A DNA stretch of 64,000 nt, taken from NCBI GenBank assembly GCA_016748015.1, contig JAAOMT010000352.1, positions 744,001-808,000 on the forward strand, given 5' to 3'. This document shows positions 25,338 through 40,570 of this stretch, piece after piece. Source of the stretch: Geosiphon pyriformis uo1. Its lineage: Eukaryota > Fungi > Glomeromycota. The translations under genes were made by a program, and so were the position numbers. Under the pieces are notes generated by a model, which had not been told where the DNA came from, did no database searches, and saw only the letters and a list, made by a program, of their open reading frames with translations. How positions within the stretch are numbered: the stretch's first letter is position 1; every line of letters begins with the position of its first letter.

Positions 25338-26051
25338 TGTTATGGATTGAAGTAATAAGCTAATGAATAGCAAGAGAGAACAGAATTGTAAGATGATAAA
25401 AGGAATCAAAGGGAATTCAACTTCAAAGAGCAAATTGAATAAGTATGGATTCAATGTGCAAGATTAGTCTCATAAAATATCTTAGTCACTATACTTTTTA
25501 AAAGATAACCAGAGAATCTGAAGGTAAAGAGATAGTCTGTACTGTCAACAAATAATCATGTCTGGTATAATTCTATGTTTTATGTTAGTGCTTTTAGAAT
25601 TTAATATTAGGTATTAGATGTGCTCTTCAGTCACATTTTATTCAATAATCTTCAAATGCTGCAATTACATGTTTCAAGAAAAGGGTAAGTAAAGGCCAAC
25701 AAATATCTTTTATTCTAAGATGTTTGAATATTTAAAGATAAGGAAAAGAAAATTAGCGATAAGAAAATAATTGAGATGAAAGTTGTTATTTTATTTATTT
25801 GATTTTCTTGATTTCTATATACTTTTCTATAGCTAAGAGATTCATTACTTATATAACTTTCAAAAGTGGTCAATGATCAGATCAACAACTAGATCAATAA
25901 TCAGATCAATAATCAGATCAATAATCAGGTTAACAGTCAAGTTATTGATTAAATTAATAATTACTTTCTAAAAATAGAGTGGCTAATTTATATAACATCA
26001 GTGGCTAATACATGTGATAATTAATAAGAAGTATAAGTTTTAACTGTAACA
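25338..26051 (-). repeat. 5' LTR of element C with 12-bp GATCAATAATCA repeats and TATA
   Basis: tgttat...tgtaaca; repeats 25869-25928; tatata ~25850; partner LTR not in the window. Confidence 0.75.
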
Positions 26052-26229
26052 ATAGAATTAAACACTAAAATAAAAATTACTTATTTAGAAAACTTTTTTT
26101 TTTTTTTTATCTTTTATTGAGTAAAGTCTAAATGCAGTCTAGTACCATACATTATACAAATAATCTAAACTAGGAGCAAATCATGCATTTTCTACACATA
26201 ACCAGCCACTCAGACTAATCAAAACAATA

Positions 26230-29200
26230 CTACACACCTATATGAACAGAAATCAAGTCCCCAATACCAGAGAAAAATGAACATAGACTATAAAATTCGA
26301 AACCTACACCAAATGCCTCAGCAATACCCAGCAACCTAACCACACCAGCTGAGAATGATGTGGATAAACCAGAAATTGAGGTAGGGATGGAATTATCATG
26401 TGAGATAAGCCTATTTTTGTCCATAAAAGCTTGGTGTTTGGCATGAACCAGCCAAATATTCTCCCTAAATGCAAGACAAAACTCACGAACAAAGCCCACA
26501 ATCTTTAATGTCACAATCTTAGGATCTCTAAAAACAGAAACTGACTCATAATACCAATCATTGAAAACAAATCCTTTATATAAAGCCAGATCAACAGCAA
26601 CATCGGAAACACAGATAAGCAGCAACTGCAAAATGCATGAAAAAGACTGAGATAAACTCGAGCGAATCTCCCAAACAGATGCATAAGCATCCAATAATCG
26701 AGCACAACTTACAGCATCAGACAGACAACAAAAAACATGGTTAAAGACCTCAATGTCACCACAGAATAAACAAATCACACTAGAATAACACTTATTATAC
26801 AAATGTTTATGCACAACAACTGGAAGCCAATGATAGAGGGCCTTCATAAAGTAAGTACAAAGGCCAGCAATGCACATACTGGTAAAACCAGCAGCCAAAT
26901 AAAAATTCATGTGCCACACCATAAGAGACTTCAACCAAGTAATATCAGTATGCAGACTATTTAGCAAAATATAGGAGCCCAATTCAACCTTCCAGCATGC
27001 ACAATGAACAGACCAGAAAATATTACAAATGAAATGTCTAGAATTACCAAAAACTGCAGTACCACCAGCTCTCAAAAATCTTTCACCAATCAAGTGGGGC
27101 AGTTGCCAGGCAGAGAAAGTGGCATTTTCAGCAAGTGCATCAGTGCACTCATTGCCCAAAACGCCTGAATGTCCCTTAACTTTAAACCAATTCACACTTA
27201 AATTTTTGTGATGAATAACATCAGTAATATGGTGATGCTCAATCCAACACTGGTTCCTAAAATCAGAACAAGCCAATAAAGATTCTGATTTGCATGCATC
27301 CAGAGCTAGCCTGGCTGTCTGAAAATAAGTCAACTGTTCAAAAAGAAGGAATATACTCAAGAACCAAAGCAATGGCTTGCAGTTCTATCAGAGTGAAAAA
27401 AACCAAACCAGACACTCTCACACTCAGACCTGAATTAATGTCCTGAAAAAAAACTGCAGCACCGGCCTTCATACCACTAGTACCCAAACCACATAGAGAC
27501 TCATCCATATATACAAAAAAATGGGCCACATTAGTGGTCAACAGATTATTACAAATAACACTGAAATCATAAGATTAATAGACATTAGAGACAGCACCAC
27601 TATCCATAAGTGAAGAGCACCCAAAAGGAAGAACATCACCCCTGAGAAAGCAAATAGAGAGATCAAACCATAATGGAACTAGACCATGGGAGTCCAACCT
27701 TTTCCAATGCTTGAAGGTTCTCCAATCAAAGATGCCACCATTTTGATCTCACAGCTGCTCCACAAAAGCAATTCCATAACATTTGAGTGACAAGACACAC
27801 TTGAGAAAATATGGCTTACCAAGAACTATAGACATAGAGGTACTACCTCGAAAATGAAAGACACAGGCCAGAGAGTTGTTCAAAGACAAATCACACCCAG
27901 AAAAAATATGAACCACACCAGCCAAATAGTTATTGAAAGAATTAACACCAACACGAGCCGGAAATAGCAAAGAGTAACAAAAATGCCAACTAAGAACCTG
28001 GAGATTATGAGACCTATGAGAAAATAAGCAACCCAAAATACCAACTGAGTTAGCAAAATTGATAACAGACACTGATTTACTCTCAGCTTGGATCTGTTCA
28101 AAAGTCTTTAAATTGTACAACAAAGGATGATAAAGTGCATCATTGGGAAAATCAAATGGCAGTCCTGACTTTGACTTTAGGTCTTTGCATATTAAAGCAT
28201 CCCATTTATTACACACACTAATAGGAACGAAACTAAACTGGGTCTTGTAGCTAACGATAGAAAGCAAAACTGCAAACACTAAATATGCAAACTGTTTATC
28301 CAAGATCACTTTCCTCAAAACAAGATTCACAAAAAACCAAATATCTAAATAAGCCTTAGCCAAGCTAAGCTTGGACAAACCTTTAGTTGATAAGAAGATA
28401 CCTAGATAATGGTAAGTTTCTCCTTTTTTTGTGATAGAAATAGGCAATCCACTGATAGCAAGATGGGGATTTGTAACTTAACAATTGATAGAAACAGCCA
28501 CTGTTTTGTCATTAAATCTGAAAAACTCACTAGCAATATTAAGAATGTGTTGTGTAGTGGTCTGGCTGCTACCAACCCATATTATATCATCGACAAAAAC
28601 ACCAGCAGCAAGAAATAAAGTCAACATGGCCTGAGGATCTGCCTGGTCAGTCTTAGAAATAAAATTAGAATTTACTCTGTAATCACAAACATTCTTCTGT
28701 CTCTTAACCTTACACAAGAGTAAATCATAAAAAATGCACCAAAGAAGAGACGAAAAGACTTTCCCTTGATCCAATCTATCATGAACATGATACCTATTAG
28801 TTAATCCAAAGTCTGTCATTACTCTATTAATGTGACCAATATGAATATTACCAAAGAATCTTATAAACTTGTCACATATCTTGATTCTGACCAAACTCCT
28901 TCTAAGATGTTCCTAACCAACTAAGTCATAAGCTTTATGTATGTCTTATAAAACCAGCCAAAGTTCTCTGTTCTTTTTCAAGACATCTTCAACAACAGAA
29001 CCAATGGCAAAAATAAGAGATTGTGTTGTTGTGCTCTTTAAAACCAAGAAGTTGTTCCCATGGAGAATGTTGAAAGTGTTGCAAGCCGAAGAGATATTGT
29101 CTGAAAAAACCTTAGAAAAGATCTTGTGAACAGTTTCAATCAAAGCAATTGGATGAGTATTCGTGAGAACACTCTCCTATTCATACAGTTTAGGAATCAT

Positions 29201-30901
29201 TGAAACCCATGCATTTTTCCAAAGTCTGAAAACCAACTCACTAACTAAGCAAGAGTTCAGAAGCACCAGAAACATATCTAAAACTAACTTGTTGCAATGT
29301 TTCTACAATTCATTAGAAATACCAGAAAGGCCAGCAGTCTTTTTATCAGGAAGATTCTTGATAATGGCACACATCTCATCAAGACTAATTGAACACATAA
29401 CACCAGAAAAAGCACCATTAAACACATAATCCAAAGGCTGAAATTGACAAACCCAATTAGTAGAAAGATCAGATACCACTTTATGCTTCCTGGTCCATTC
29501 TCCCATAATCTTGTCCACCCTAGATTTGACCAAATCAGGCTCAAAATCAACTCATCTCCTACCACCAGATGGTCCAAAACCACTTTATAAAAAGGATGCT
29601 CCAACACATTCCTGATGATATGACCTTTGTCAAACTCAAAACTCTCTATCCTCCTGGCAATAGTCTGCTTGATATAAGACTCCTTAGCACACTTGAATTC
29701 CAACAACTTGGCAGTGCAGTAAAATTTCCTCGCTCTGGCAAGTGCAGAATAAATAAGATTAAAATTAGAATCTGAAAGAAACAGTGACTTCACCATTAAT
29801 GCACCAGTGGAATTGAGCTTTGTTCTATGTTTCCAGCAACACAACAAAATCATGACAAGAAAATAAATGCAAGGCCTTAACCAGCTTGGAAACCAACAAC
29901 TTCAGCTTATGAAACCTGAAAGACTCCTTGGTGAAAACACCATCAAAATTCTTGAACCATTTCTTCTTAAATGCACTATTAGCTGAGAGAACTATAATCT
30001 TGCAAATAATGTTCCACATAGTATCCAGATCCAGAAACCTCACAGCAAGACCAAATGCATCTAAAAACATGACAGCGTTAACAGCTGTAATATCCCTGAA
30101 CTCAGACCATTTCACTTTACTGGCATTTTTGATGTCAAATTTCCAATGATCTTTATTTGCTTGTTTGTAAAGAGAAATCAAATGAGTATCCAAAAGTCCA
30201 CCCAACCCCAAAGACACAGAAACAGCCTGGTAATCTGTGTCGAAATGTTCATTAACATCAAAAACGCCATGAAAAACAACCGTATTGATTAGATTTGAAG
30301 AAATAAACAAGTAGTTAATAGTTTTTTCGACATCCTTAGAATTTGCCCAAGTGGGCATTTTAGCAGTTAGGCTTCTGACCAAAGAATTAACCAGCCCCAG
30401 ATCCAGGCATTTTTTGAAACTAACACACTTATGAGACCCATCTTTATTAAAATCACCACTGAGAATGACAAAAAAAAACTCATTAACAGCCCTTGTAATA
30501 AGAGAGTTGATCTCGCTGGCTTGAGAGAACCAAACTGCTGAAGAAGCACCAGCATAAAGACCCAAAATAAACACAGAAAGTTTATTTTTAAAAAGTAATT
30601 TGATGTAAAGTAGCCGACCAAACACTTCAGAGACTTTACACACATGTCTTGCTAAAGAAAAATCCATGACAATAAACACACTAGCACTCAGATAACCAGA
30701 ATCCAAACCAGAAGTAAACATCTGAACACCATCGAACCTGTTGGTGATCTATGGATGGACCTTTCTCTTTAGTTTTAATTCCATAAAAATAGAGATTAAA
30801 TTGCCCATATCCTTATGCCAACAAATAATATCATCCTGTTTTGCAGGATTATTCATTCCTTTAACATTACATGTGGCAACTATCCAAACCAAATTTATCA
30901 T
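26230..30901 (-). pseudogene. LINE a ORF2: APE endonuclease - RT - RNase H - C-terminal Cys/His motif
   Basis: ATCNVKG, SGDFN, DTDY (APE); QGKVFS, FVDD (RT); VYMDESL, KVKGHSGVLGNECTDALA (RNase H); CLFCGDIEVFNHVFCC. Confidence 0.92.
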
Positions 30902-32690
30902 TGAGAAGAATGACAAACAGGCACTGGACCAGCATTGTTCATTTTAGCCGAAAGGCTCATAATTATAACCGAAAGATTCCTTAAAGTTTCCTCCATTTTC
31001 AAGACTACTAAAGGGTTGAAAACCACTGCTCCCACTACAATCTCACCACTAGCAGCCACATCCGAACTCTCATTCATCACTATATTTACCCCTTGATTCT
31101 GTGATGAAAGGGTCACCAATGGCTAACATCCAGGGCTAAGCTGGGAAACCATTGGCCCAAGTGTGTTTAACCTCTTAGCCAGCTTATTAACACACTCTGC
31201 GAGGCTGGCAAGACTGTGCTCAAGAGTGGCAAACCTATCATTTATTTCCAAAGACACCAGTGGAGTAGACTTCATTCCCAAAGAGGAGCCATTTTTTGAA
31301 GAAACTTCCTGACCAGAGAGAGAGAAGAAAGAAGACTCACTGACAACACTAGCCCATGAAACACCACCAAAAGCAGCTGGCTGAGTGACTAAAGCTGAAT
31401 GCTTAGCATAAATGGTTGTCAGTCTACTTTTATTAGAATCTGAAAGCATCTGATGTGGCAACCTGCCAAAAGATAATTTTCCACCAAGACCACAGCCCAA
31501 AGAAGTATGATCCAATCTTCCACACTTTGCACATGTAGCAGAACCAACATAGGACCAGTGAAAGTGAGTATCTCTTAAAACGGGTGTAGTTTCCATGACA
31601 GCATCCAAAGATTCGGCTGACTTAAAACAAATAACAGCACATTTGATTTGAACATACGTAACTGAATAATGATTAATTACACATGTTTTCTCACCTACAG
31701 AACCAATAAAGTCCCAGATGTCATGAGCATTTGTTTTCACAGGTAGAGTATAGAGCAATGCCCTATAAAGATCTCTTTTATCCCATGTAACCTTATTCAA
31801 ATCCGACCTAGCAATGTGCACTGCATCTTTCCCAATTAGGATGGACCATCTATCTGCCAAAAGATCAACCTGAGATTGTTTCTCAAACTCAATGATTGCT
31901 TTTTGCCACAGCCCCACCAATTGCATTTTGATTGACTTAACTACACCAAATTCGGACAGTGCAGCATGCACAGTCTCAGCTAATGTTTCAACTGGAATTT
32001 CTTTCATTACCACAGCCTGATCTGAATGACCAGTTGATTTCTTAAGATTGGTGTTTACCACAATCTTTGCATCAATAGCCTTTTTGGTAGCTTTTATTGA
32101 ACCCAATTCAGAAGTAAATGTTGCCTGGATGATTCCAAAGAATTTTGAGGGGGTAGAGGCCTCCCCAAAATCATTGATTTTTGAAAACAATTTTCTGACC
32201 ACCTGAAGCTTTTCATGAGAGAATTTTCCAACCACTTTGTCCAACCCAATATCTAAAGCAAAAGATTTCCAAACAGAAACATTAACCAAATTCTTCACAA
32301 GTGGTGGAAGCACCAAAGGGGCATCCAAAAGAACATCATTATCATTACTGCTTGGTGAGAAGTCAATTTTTCCCAATGGTTTACTCAATGTCTTCTTAGT
32401 TTTGACTTTTGATCCTGTAGGTGTCTGATCAAGATCTCTCCCAGCAAAAGCACTACTCTCATCATAATCAAAACTGGTTTCCTCAACCAGACACTCCTTC
32501 TCCATATTAATACTTTCAGACTCAGTGGTGTCACCAGCCTCTGAATTCCATGAGTGATTACTTTGGACTTTAAGACCAATATTTTTACCACCAAAACCAT
32601 CTTCCAAAATGCTGTCTCTCCTTTTCTTCTTTGGAAGAACAGGTCTGAAACCATTACTAGAACCAGAAACTTTGGCAGCCTTCTTTATAA
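30898..32690 (-). pseudogene. LINE a ORF1: RRM-like domains, CCHC knuckle, coiled coil
   Basis: ORF 31123..32607 with ALSEFGVVKSI, AIIEFE, CAKCGRLDHTSLGC; continues to 30898 past one stop; start approximate. Confidence 0.85.
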
Positions 32691-33680
32691 CAGTAATACT
32701 ACAGTCAATGGTGGCTTTATAGTTGAGAATAAAAGGTTTAGATTTATCGTACTCAATTGTAAAAACTTCTTTCAGAAAACTTTTAACTCTTTCTTAAGAT
32801 TTCAGAACAAAAAAAAGAAAGAAGTTTTTAGAGAACTTTTAATGACTAAAAATTGTTTTCTAAATATTATTAAAAGCAGTATTAAAAAACAAAAGAGCAA
32901 AGATTAATTTGGTTTTTATTTAATTAATTTAATTCTTAAGATTAAGTAATTTAATAAATTGTTTTGCTTTTAAAACTAACAATAATTTATTAAAAGACAT
33001 TATATTTGACAATATAGCGAATAGTTAATCTTGATTTATCTTGAAAAATATGCTATTATTATTGTTATTTACATTAGAAAAAAAACTAATTATTATTAAA
33101 AAGACTTTATTTAAATTTTTATTTAGAACCACAAAAAAATTTAGTATAAAAATAACAAATATAAACAACTGCTGCTGTTTTTTTAACTTTTTTGTCTTTT
33201 TGGCTATTTGTAAAATAATAATAATAGTATTAGTAATAAAAATAAAAAAGACCAGCTTGTTAATTGGTCTGTTGTTAAAAACTTTAAAGCTTCTAAAAAA
33301 AGTAGAAACAATACTAAAACTAATTTAAATATGTTTTTAAAAAAAACTTTAACTAAGAAAAAACTATTAGCCAAATATTAAAAAACACTTTAAAAGTCAC
33401 TAAAAACAGCTTTTTACTACTAATATTTAAAAAATATATTGCCAAAATGTTTTACTTAGTTGTTTTGACAATAAAAAAAACTTTTTTTTGTTAAAATTTT
33501 ATTAATTACTATAAAAAAAATAATATTTAAAACTTGCTTTAATTATGGTTGTTTTTTTTTCTATTTAATAAGTAAAGTCCAAACACTGTTTAGTATAATA
33601 CATCATACAAATGATCTAAACTAGGTGTAAATCATGTATTTTCTATACATGATTAGTCACTCAGGCTAACCAGAACAATA

Positions 33681-36600
33681 TTAAACACCTATATGAACAG
33701 AGACTGTGTCCTCTATACCTGAAAAAACAAACAAAATTTACAAAACCCAAAACTCATATCAATTGTCTTAGCAATACCCAATAATTTAACCATGCTGATT
33801 GAAAACATTGAAGAAAGACCAGAAACTGGAACAAAAATAGAATTATCACACAGAATTAAACCATTTTTCTCCATAAAAGCTTGGTGTTTGACACGAACCA
33901 GCCAAATATCTTTCCAGAATACAAGACAAAATTTGCACACAAAATCCACAATATGCTGGTCTACAATCTTAAAATGTTTGAAGACTGAAACAGATTTGTA
34001 ATATTAATTATTAAAAACAAAATTCTTAAACAAAACTGTGTTAACTGCAACATCAGAAACACAAATAAACAACAACTGCAAAACACAAGAAGAAGAACAA
34101 AATAAACCAAAGTACACATCCCAAACAGATGCATGGGTATTCAACAACTGAACATGACCAGCAGCATCAAATGGACAAGAAAAAGCATGGTCCAAGACTT
34201 CAACATTATCACAGAACAAGCAAACCACATTAGAATAACACTTATCATATAGTTGCTTATGCACAGTAATAAAAAGCTGATGATAAAGAGCTTTTATAAA
34301 ATATGTTCAAGAACCAGCAGTCCATTTACTAGTGAAACCAGCCATTAAGTAAGAATCAGGATGCCATACCAAAAATGACTTGAACTAATTTTTCAATACA
34401 TATAATAAACAGACTGAAAAACTCTTTGAACAAAATGTCTAGAATTGCCAAAAACAGCAATACTACTGGTCTTAACATAACATTTACTGACCAAATAGGA
34501 TAGGTGCTAATTGGAAATAGCAGCCACTTTGACAAGTATATCAGCATGCTTATTCCTTAAAATGCCAAAATGACCTTTAACCTTATGTTAACTGATATCT
34601 AAATTCTTATGACAAATAATGCTTACAATATGACAATGTTTGACCCAATATCAATTTCTAAAATTCAGATAAACCAACATCAATTCTGATCTGCATGTAT
34701 CCAAAGCAGTCTGGCTGTTTATAAACAGATTCACAAAATGAGAAAAAAGAATGCACTCAAGAGCCAAAACAATGGCCTGTAGTTCCACTATGATAGAAAA
34801 CAACAAATCAAAAACTTTAACACCCAAACCTAAATTAATGTCTTCAAAAAAAACAGCTGCTTTAGCTTTTACACCAAGAGTCTCCAAACCACTTAAAGAT
34901 CTATTCATATAGACAAAAAAGCAGCCAGTATTAGCATACAACAGATTGTTACTAACAACACCAAACTCACAAAACTGAAAAATATCTGAAGGATTATAAC
35001 CATCCAAAAGTGGGGAATTAACAGAGAAAAAAGCAAAATTATCAAGAAACCAAATAGAAAACTCAAACCAGATGAAAACAGAACCATAAGAGTTCAACTG
35101 TTTTTACTATTTGAAAATCATCTAATTGAAAACAGCACCACTCCAGTCACACAGCTGTTCTATAAAGACAATCCCATAATGCTGAAGTGAAGAAACACAC
35201 TTAAAATAAATTAATTCACCAAGAACAAAAGACATAAAAGTTCCATCCTAAAAATAAAAAGCATTGGCTAAAGAGGTGTCCAAGAACAAATTATATCCAG
35301 AAAATATGTGCATCATATCTGCTAAAAAATTATTCAAAAAATTGACTTTGACATAAGCTGAGAACTATAAAAAGTGAAATGAATACCAGCTAAGAACCTG
35401 AAAATTGTACAACTTATGAGAAAATAACTGGTCCAAAATACCAATTGAATTTGCAAAGGAAACAACTAAAATTGATTTGCTTTCAGCCTAAACCTGTTCA
35501 AATATTTTCAAACTATATAGAAAAGGATGATAGATTGCATTATTGGAGAAATTGTACAGCAAATTAGACTTAGACTTCAAGCCCTTGTAAATGAAAGCAT
35601 CTTATTTATTATATATGCCAATAGAAATAAAACTAAATTGAGTTTTATAACTAATAATCGGATGAAAAACTGCAGACACCAAATATGCAAACTGTTTATC
35701 TGAGATTCTTTTCCTTAAAACAAGATTGATAAAAAACTAAACATTCAAATACATCTTAGTTAAGCTAGGTTTTAACAAACTTTTAGAAGATAAAAAAATA
35801 CCCAGATAATAATGCAATTCTCCTTTTTTGGCAACAGAAATGGACAAGTTACTAATAGTTAAATAAGAGTCCTTAACTTAACAGTTAATAGTGATAATCA
35901 TAGTTTTGTCATTATTGATAGAAATATTATTAAAACAAAAAAATTCATTTGCAATATTAAGAATATGCTGTGTAGCAGCTTGGCTACTACCAACCTAAAT
36001 TGTATCATTGATAAAAGCACCAGCAGCAAAAAATAAAATCAACCTGGTCTGAGATTCTGTTTTGCCAGTTTTGAAAATAAAGTAAAAATTTAATCTATAA
36101 CCATATATACTTTCTTGCTTCTTAACCTCACATAAGAGCAAATTATAGAATATGCACCAAAAAAGAGGTGAGAAAACCTTTCCTTGATCCAACCCATTAT
36201 AAACATAATACCCACCAGTCAAGCTGAAGTTCATCATTACTTTGTTAATATGATTATTTTAAAGACCACCAAAAAATTTAATAAATTTGTCACATATTTT
36301 GATCTTAGTCAAACTCTTCTTAAGATGCTTTCACTTAACAGAGTCATAGACTTTACACATATCTTGTAAAACCAGTCATAGTTTCTAATTCTTTTTCAAA
36401 GCATTTTCAATAACAAAACCAATAACAAAAATGGAAGATTGTGTCATTATACTTCTCAAAACAGAAAAGTTGTCCCCACAGAGAACATTAAAAATGCTGC
36501 AAGCCAGAGAAATTCTGTCTGAAAGAATTTTAGAAAAGATTTTGCAAGCTGTTTCAATCAGAGCAATAGAACAGATATTAGTAAGAACACCCTTCCATTC

Positions 36601-38320
36601 ATAAGGCTTGTGAATTATTGAGACTCAAGCTTCTTTTTAAAGCCCAGATACTAATTTACAAGTTAAACAAAAGTTCAAAAGCATTAGTAGCATATCTAAC
36701 ACTGACTTGTTACAATGCTTTTACAACTTATTTAAGATGTCAGAAAAACCAGCTGCTTTCTCATTTGGCAGATTTGAGACCACAACAGACATTTCATTGA
36801 ACACAATTGGACACATTACATTAGAAAAAGCATTATCAAAAACATAATCCAAAGGCTAATATTGGCAAAACCAATCATCAGAGATATCAGATACCATCCT
36901 ATGTTTCCTAGTCCAACCTTCTATAATCATATCTATCTTAGATTTAACTAAATTGGGCTCTAATACCAACTCATTATCTGCAATCAAATGATCCAGCACT
37001 ATCTTATAAAAAGAATGCTTCAGAACACTCTTGATAGTATGATTCTTATCCAACTCAAAATTTTCTATTTTTTTATTAATAACTGCCTTGATGCAAAACT
37101 CTTCTGCATACTTGAACTTCAACATCTTAAAAAAACAGTAAGATTTCCTTACTTTAGCCAGAGCTGAACAAATTGTGTCAAAATTAGAACCTGAAAAAAA
37201 TAAAGATTCTACTACCAATACACTAACAGCATTAAGTCCATTTCATGTATCTAACAATGCTTTAAAATTTTTCATTAGAAACCAAATAAGAAGTCTTAAC
37301 CAGCTTAAACACCAACAACTTCAGCTTATGAAACTTAGAAAATTCTTTAGTAAAAACCTTATCATAATTTTTAAATCATTTTTTTTTGAATATTTTATTT
37401 GCCAAAAGAGTCATTATCCTGCAAACAATGTTCCACATAGCATCCAAATCCGAGAACTCTACAGAAACAGCAAATTCACTTAAAAACATTAAAGCATTGG
37501 CCAATATGGCACTTTTAAAATCATTCCACTTATTTTCATCAGCATTTTTGAAATCAAATTTCCAATAATTCCTATTAGCTTGTTTGTAAAGAGAGTTCAA
37601 CTGTGTATTCAACAGGCCACCCAGACCTACAGACACAGAAATAGCTCAGTGATCAGTCTTAAAATGCTCACTGGTATCCAAGACATTGCAATGTATTATC
37701 ACATTGACCAAATTTGAAGAAAAGAACATGTAGTCAATTGTTTTAGCAACATCCTGAGAATTGTTCCACATCAGCACCTTTGTAAACAAGCTTTCACTCA
37801 TAGAATTAACCAAACCCAAATCAAAGCACTTTTTGAAACTAACACACTTGTAAGAACTATTTTTATTGAAATTGCTATCCAAGATGACAAAAAATAATTC
37901 ATTTACAGCTTTCATAATCATGGAGTTAATATCACTCACTTGAGAGAGACAAACCACCAAAGATGCTCCAACATAAAGACCCAAAATTGACACAGAAAAT
38001 TTATCCTTAAAAAGTAATTTGACAAAAAAAAGTCTGCCAGAAATATCTAACACTTTACACACACGCCTTGCCAAAGAATTGTTTATGATAATAGTAATAC
38101 CAGAACCTAGATAACCAGAGTTCAAACCAAAAGTGAAAACTCAAATACCATCAAATTTGTTTATAATCTATGGAAAAACCTTGCTCTTTAACTTCGTTTT
38201 AGTAAAAACAAAGATCAAGTTGCCCATGTCCTTATGCCAATGCACAATATCTATTTGCTTTGCAGAATTGTTCATATCTTTAATATTACATATGGCAATT
38301 TTCTAAACAAACTGACTTAT
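33681..38320 (-). pseudogene. LINE b ORF2 (APE-RT-RNaseH), fragmented
   Basis: ORFs 37646..38125 (TIDY, KTDH), 35995..36237 (GLDQG), 34651..35097 (RNase H), 34004..34264 (CLFC). Confidence 0.88.
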
Positions 38321-40120
38321 TGAGAAAAAAGTAGAAAGGGCATACTGCCAGCCAAAACCAAACTATTTAAATGTGCTGATAGATTCATTACTGAAGTGAA
38401 GAGACTTTCCAACATGTTTTCTAATTTAACAGTCTCAGAAGAGGCAGACAAACCTAACAACATAGCAGTCTTGTCACAAGTGGCTTTATCTGAATTCTCT
38501 TCTATTACTATATTACTTATTTGATTCCATAATAGGAGAGTTACTAGCAGCTGACATTCAAGGCTAGGCTGAGAAACTGCCTGTATGAGTGACTCCAATC
38601 TCTTAACCAACTCACCAATTTGTTTTATGAGACTGGCAAGACTGTGCTCCAAAACAGTGAACCTATTATTGATGCTCATAATAATCAGAGGGATAGGTTT
38701 CATTTTTAAAGAGGAACCAAATTTAACTGAAATATTATACACAGGAAAGGAAAAGAAAAAAAACTCACCAGCAATCTGCACCCAAGAAAAACCACCAAAA
38801 AAAACAGAATAGGTAACTGAAGCTAAATGTTTGACATAGATGGCAGCCAGTCTGCTTTTATTAGCATTCAAAAAAACCTTTTGAGACAAGCCACCAGAAA
38901 GAAATTTCTTATTAGAAACACAGCCCAAAGATATATAACCCAATTTTTCACACTTGGCACATACAACAGAAACAATGTGAGACTATCAAAGATAGGTATC
39001 TCTTAATACCAGTGTAGTTCCAATGACAACATCTAAAGATTTAGCTGACTCAAAACAAACAATAGCACATCTGGTCTGGGCATATATAACAGAATGGCAA
39101 TCAATTGCACAAATTTTTCTACCCACAGAGTCAATGAAATTCCAGATATCATGAGCATTTGTTTTTACAGACAGAATATAAAGTAGTGCCCTATGACTGT
39201 TCCTATTATTTCAAGATTTTTTGTCATGATTAGCTTTAGTCACATGTATGACATTCTTTCCGATTAAGATGGTTCACTCAGCTACAACCAAATTAGCATG
39301 CTCTAATTGCTCAAAATCTATTACAGCCTTTTGTCACATACCCACCAATTGCATTTTGATTGACTTAATTGTACCAAATTTGGATAGTACAATATGCACA
39401 GCCTCAGTTGATATTTCAATTAAGATTTCTTTTACAACTACAGCCCAATCTGACCTTTTACTAGATATCTTGAGATTAGTGTTCACCATAATCTTTGCAC
39501 CAGTAGCCTTTTCAGTAGCTTTCATTAAATCTGATTTAGAAGTAAACATTACTTTGATGATCTCTAAGAATTTTGAGAAAGTAGAGACCCCTCTAAAACC
39601 ATTAATTCTTGAAAATAATTTCCTTATTGTTAAACATTTTTCTTAAGATATTCTTTCAGCAATTTTGTCCAGCCCAATATTCAAAGTGAAAGATTTATAA
39701 ACAGAGACATTAACCAAGTTTTTTAAGGAGGGAAGGAAGTTTTAATAGAGCATCTGAAAAAATATTATCATTATTATTACCAACCAAGAAATTAATCTTT
39801 CCTAATGGTTTATCCAATGTTTTTTTGGTTTTGATCCATGAACTTTTAGGTGTCTGATTAGGATTTCCACCAGCATGAATACTGTATTTACCATAATCAA
39901 AGCTTGTTTTCTCAACCAGACACTTCTTCTCTATATCAATACTATTAAACTCAATAGTGTTACCAGTTTCAGAACCCCATGAATAACCACTTTGAACATC
40001 AGAAACAACTTTTTTACTGCCAAAACCATCCTTTAAAATGCCATCTCTTCTCTTTTTTCTTGGGACAACAGGTTTGAAGCCACCATTGAAACCAGAAATT
40101 TTAATCACCTTCTTTATAAC
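38317..40120 (-). pseudogene. LINE b ORF1, fragmented
   Basis: ORFs 39710..40108, 39334..39549 and 38317..38943 are homologous to ORF1 of copy a. Confidence 0.85.
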
Positions 40121-40570
40121 AGCAATACTATAGTCAACAGTAGTCTCATAGTTAAGAATAAATGGTTTAGATTTATTGTACTAAATTGTAAAAAACTTTT
40201 TGACTCTTTTTTTGGAAATTTGGGATAAAAGAGAGAAAAAAAGGTTATGGTCATAATATAAAAAAAAAAGTATTATAATAAATATTATAGTATAATAACA
40301 ATAAATACTATTTAAAAATATTAAAAAAAAAGTATTATAATATATTTTTTTATAAAACTATAAATATATATATATATAATAAATTTAATATTAAAAAATT
40401 ATTTTATATATTAATTATCTTTTATTATTATTATTATTATTTTTATTAAGCTTTTAATGAGTGAAGCCCAACCACTATCTAGTACACAAGACCAAACTAA
40501 GTGGCCAAAACTAGATGTAACTCATGTATTTTCTATATATAGCTAGTCACTTAGGCCAGACAAGGCAATA

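Larger units (their letters stand above)
20792..26051 (-). mobile_element. Ty3/Gypsy-type LTR retrotransposon C (no dUTPase), interrupted within integrase by element B
   Basis: LTR 25338-26051, PBS 25315-25331, gag with CCHC CYCCGLTRHFSKDC, decayed protease LILDNRSSVSVI, RT YLDD (~21875), RNaseH 21110..21430. Confidence 0.9.
26098..32826 (-). mobile_element. Full-length LINE copy a with poly(A) tail and 14-bp TSD
   Basis: T run from 26094; TSD tttagaaaactttt 26084-26097 / tttagagaactttt 32827-32840; ORF1 plus ORF2. Confidence 0.93.
33553..40244 (-). mobile_element. Full-length LINE copy b, heavily decayed, 10-bp TSD
   Basis: T run at ~33552; TSD ttatggttgt 33543-33552 / ttatggtcat 40245-40254 (consistent with ancestral ttatggtcgt); colinear with copy a. 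Confidence 0.9.

Noticed and set aside
33041-33328. Lys/Ile/Leu-rich ORF in the AT spacer, and the many short antisense ORFs across the window
   Set aside because: Composition-driven or shadow ORFs of retroelement genes; no recognisable motifs.
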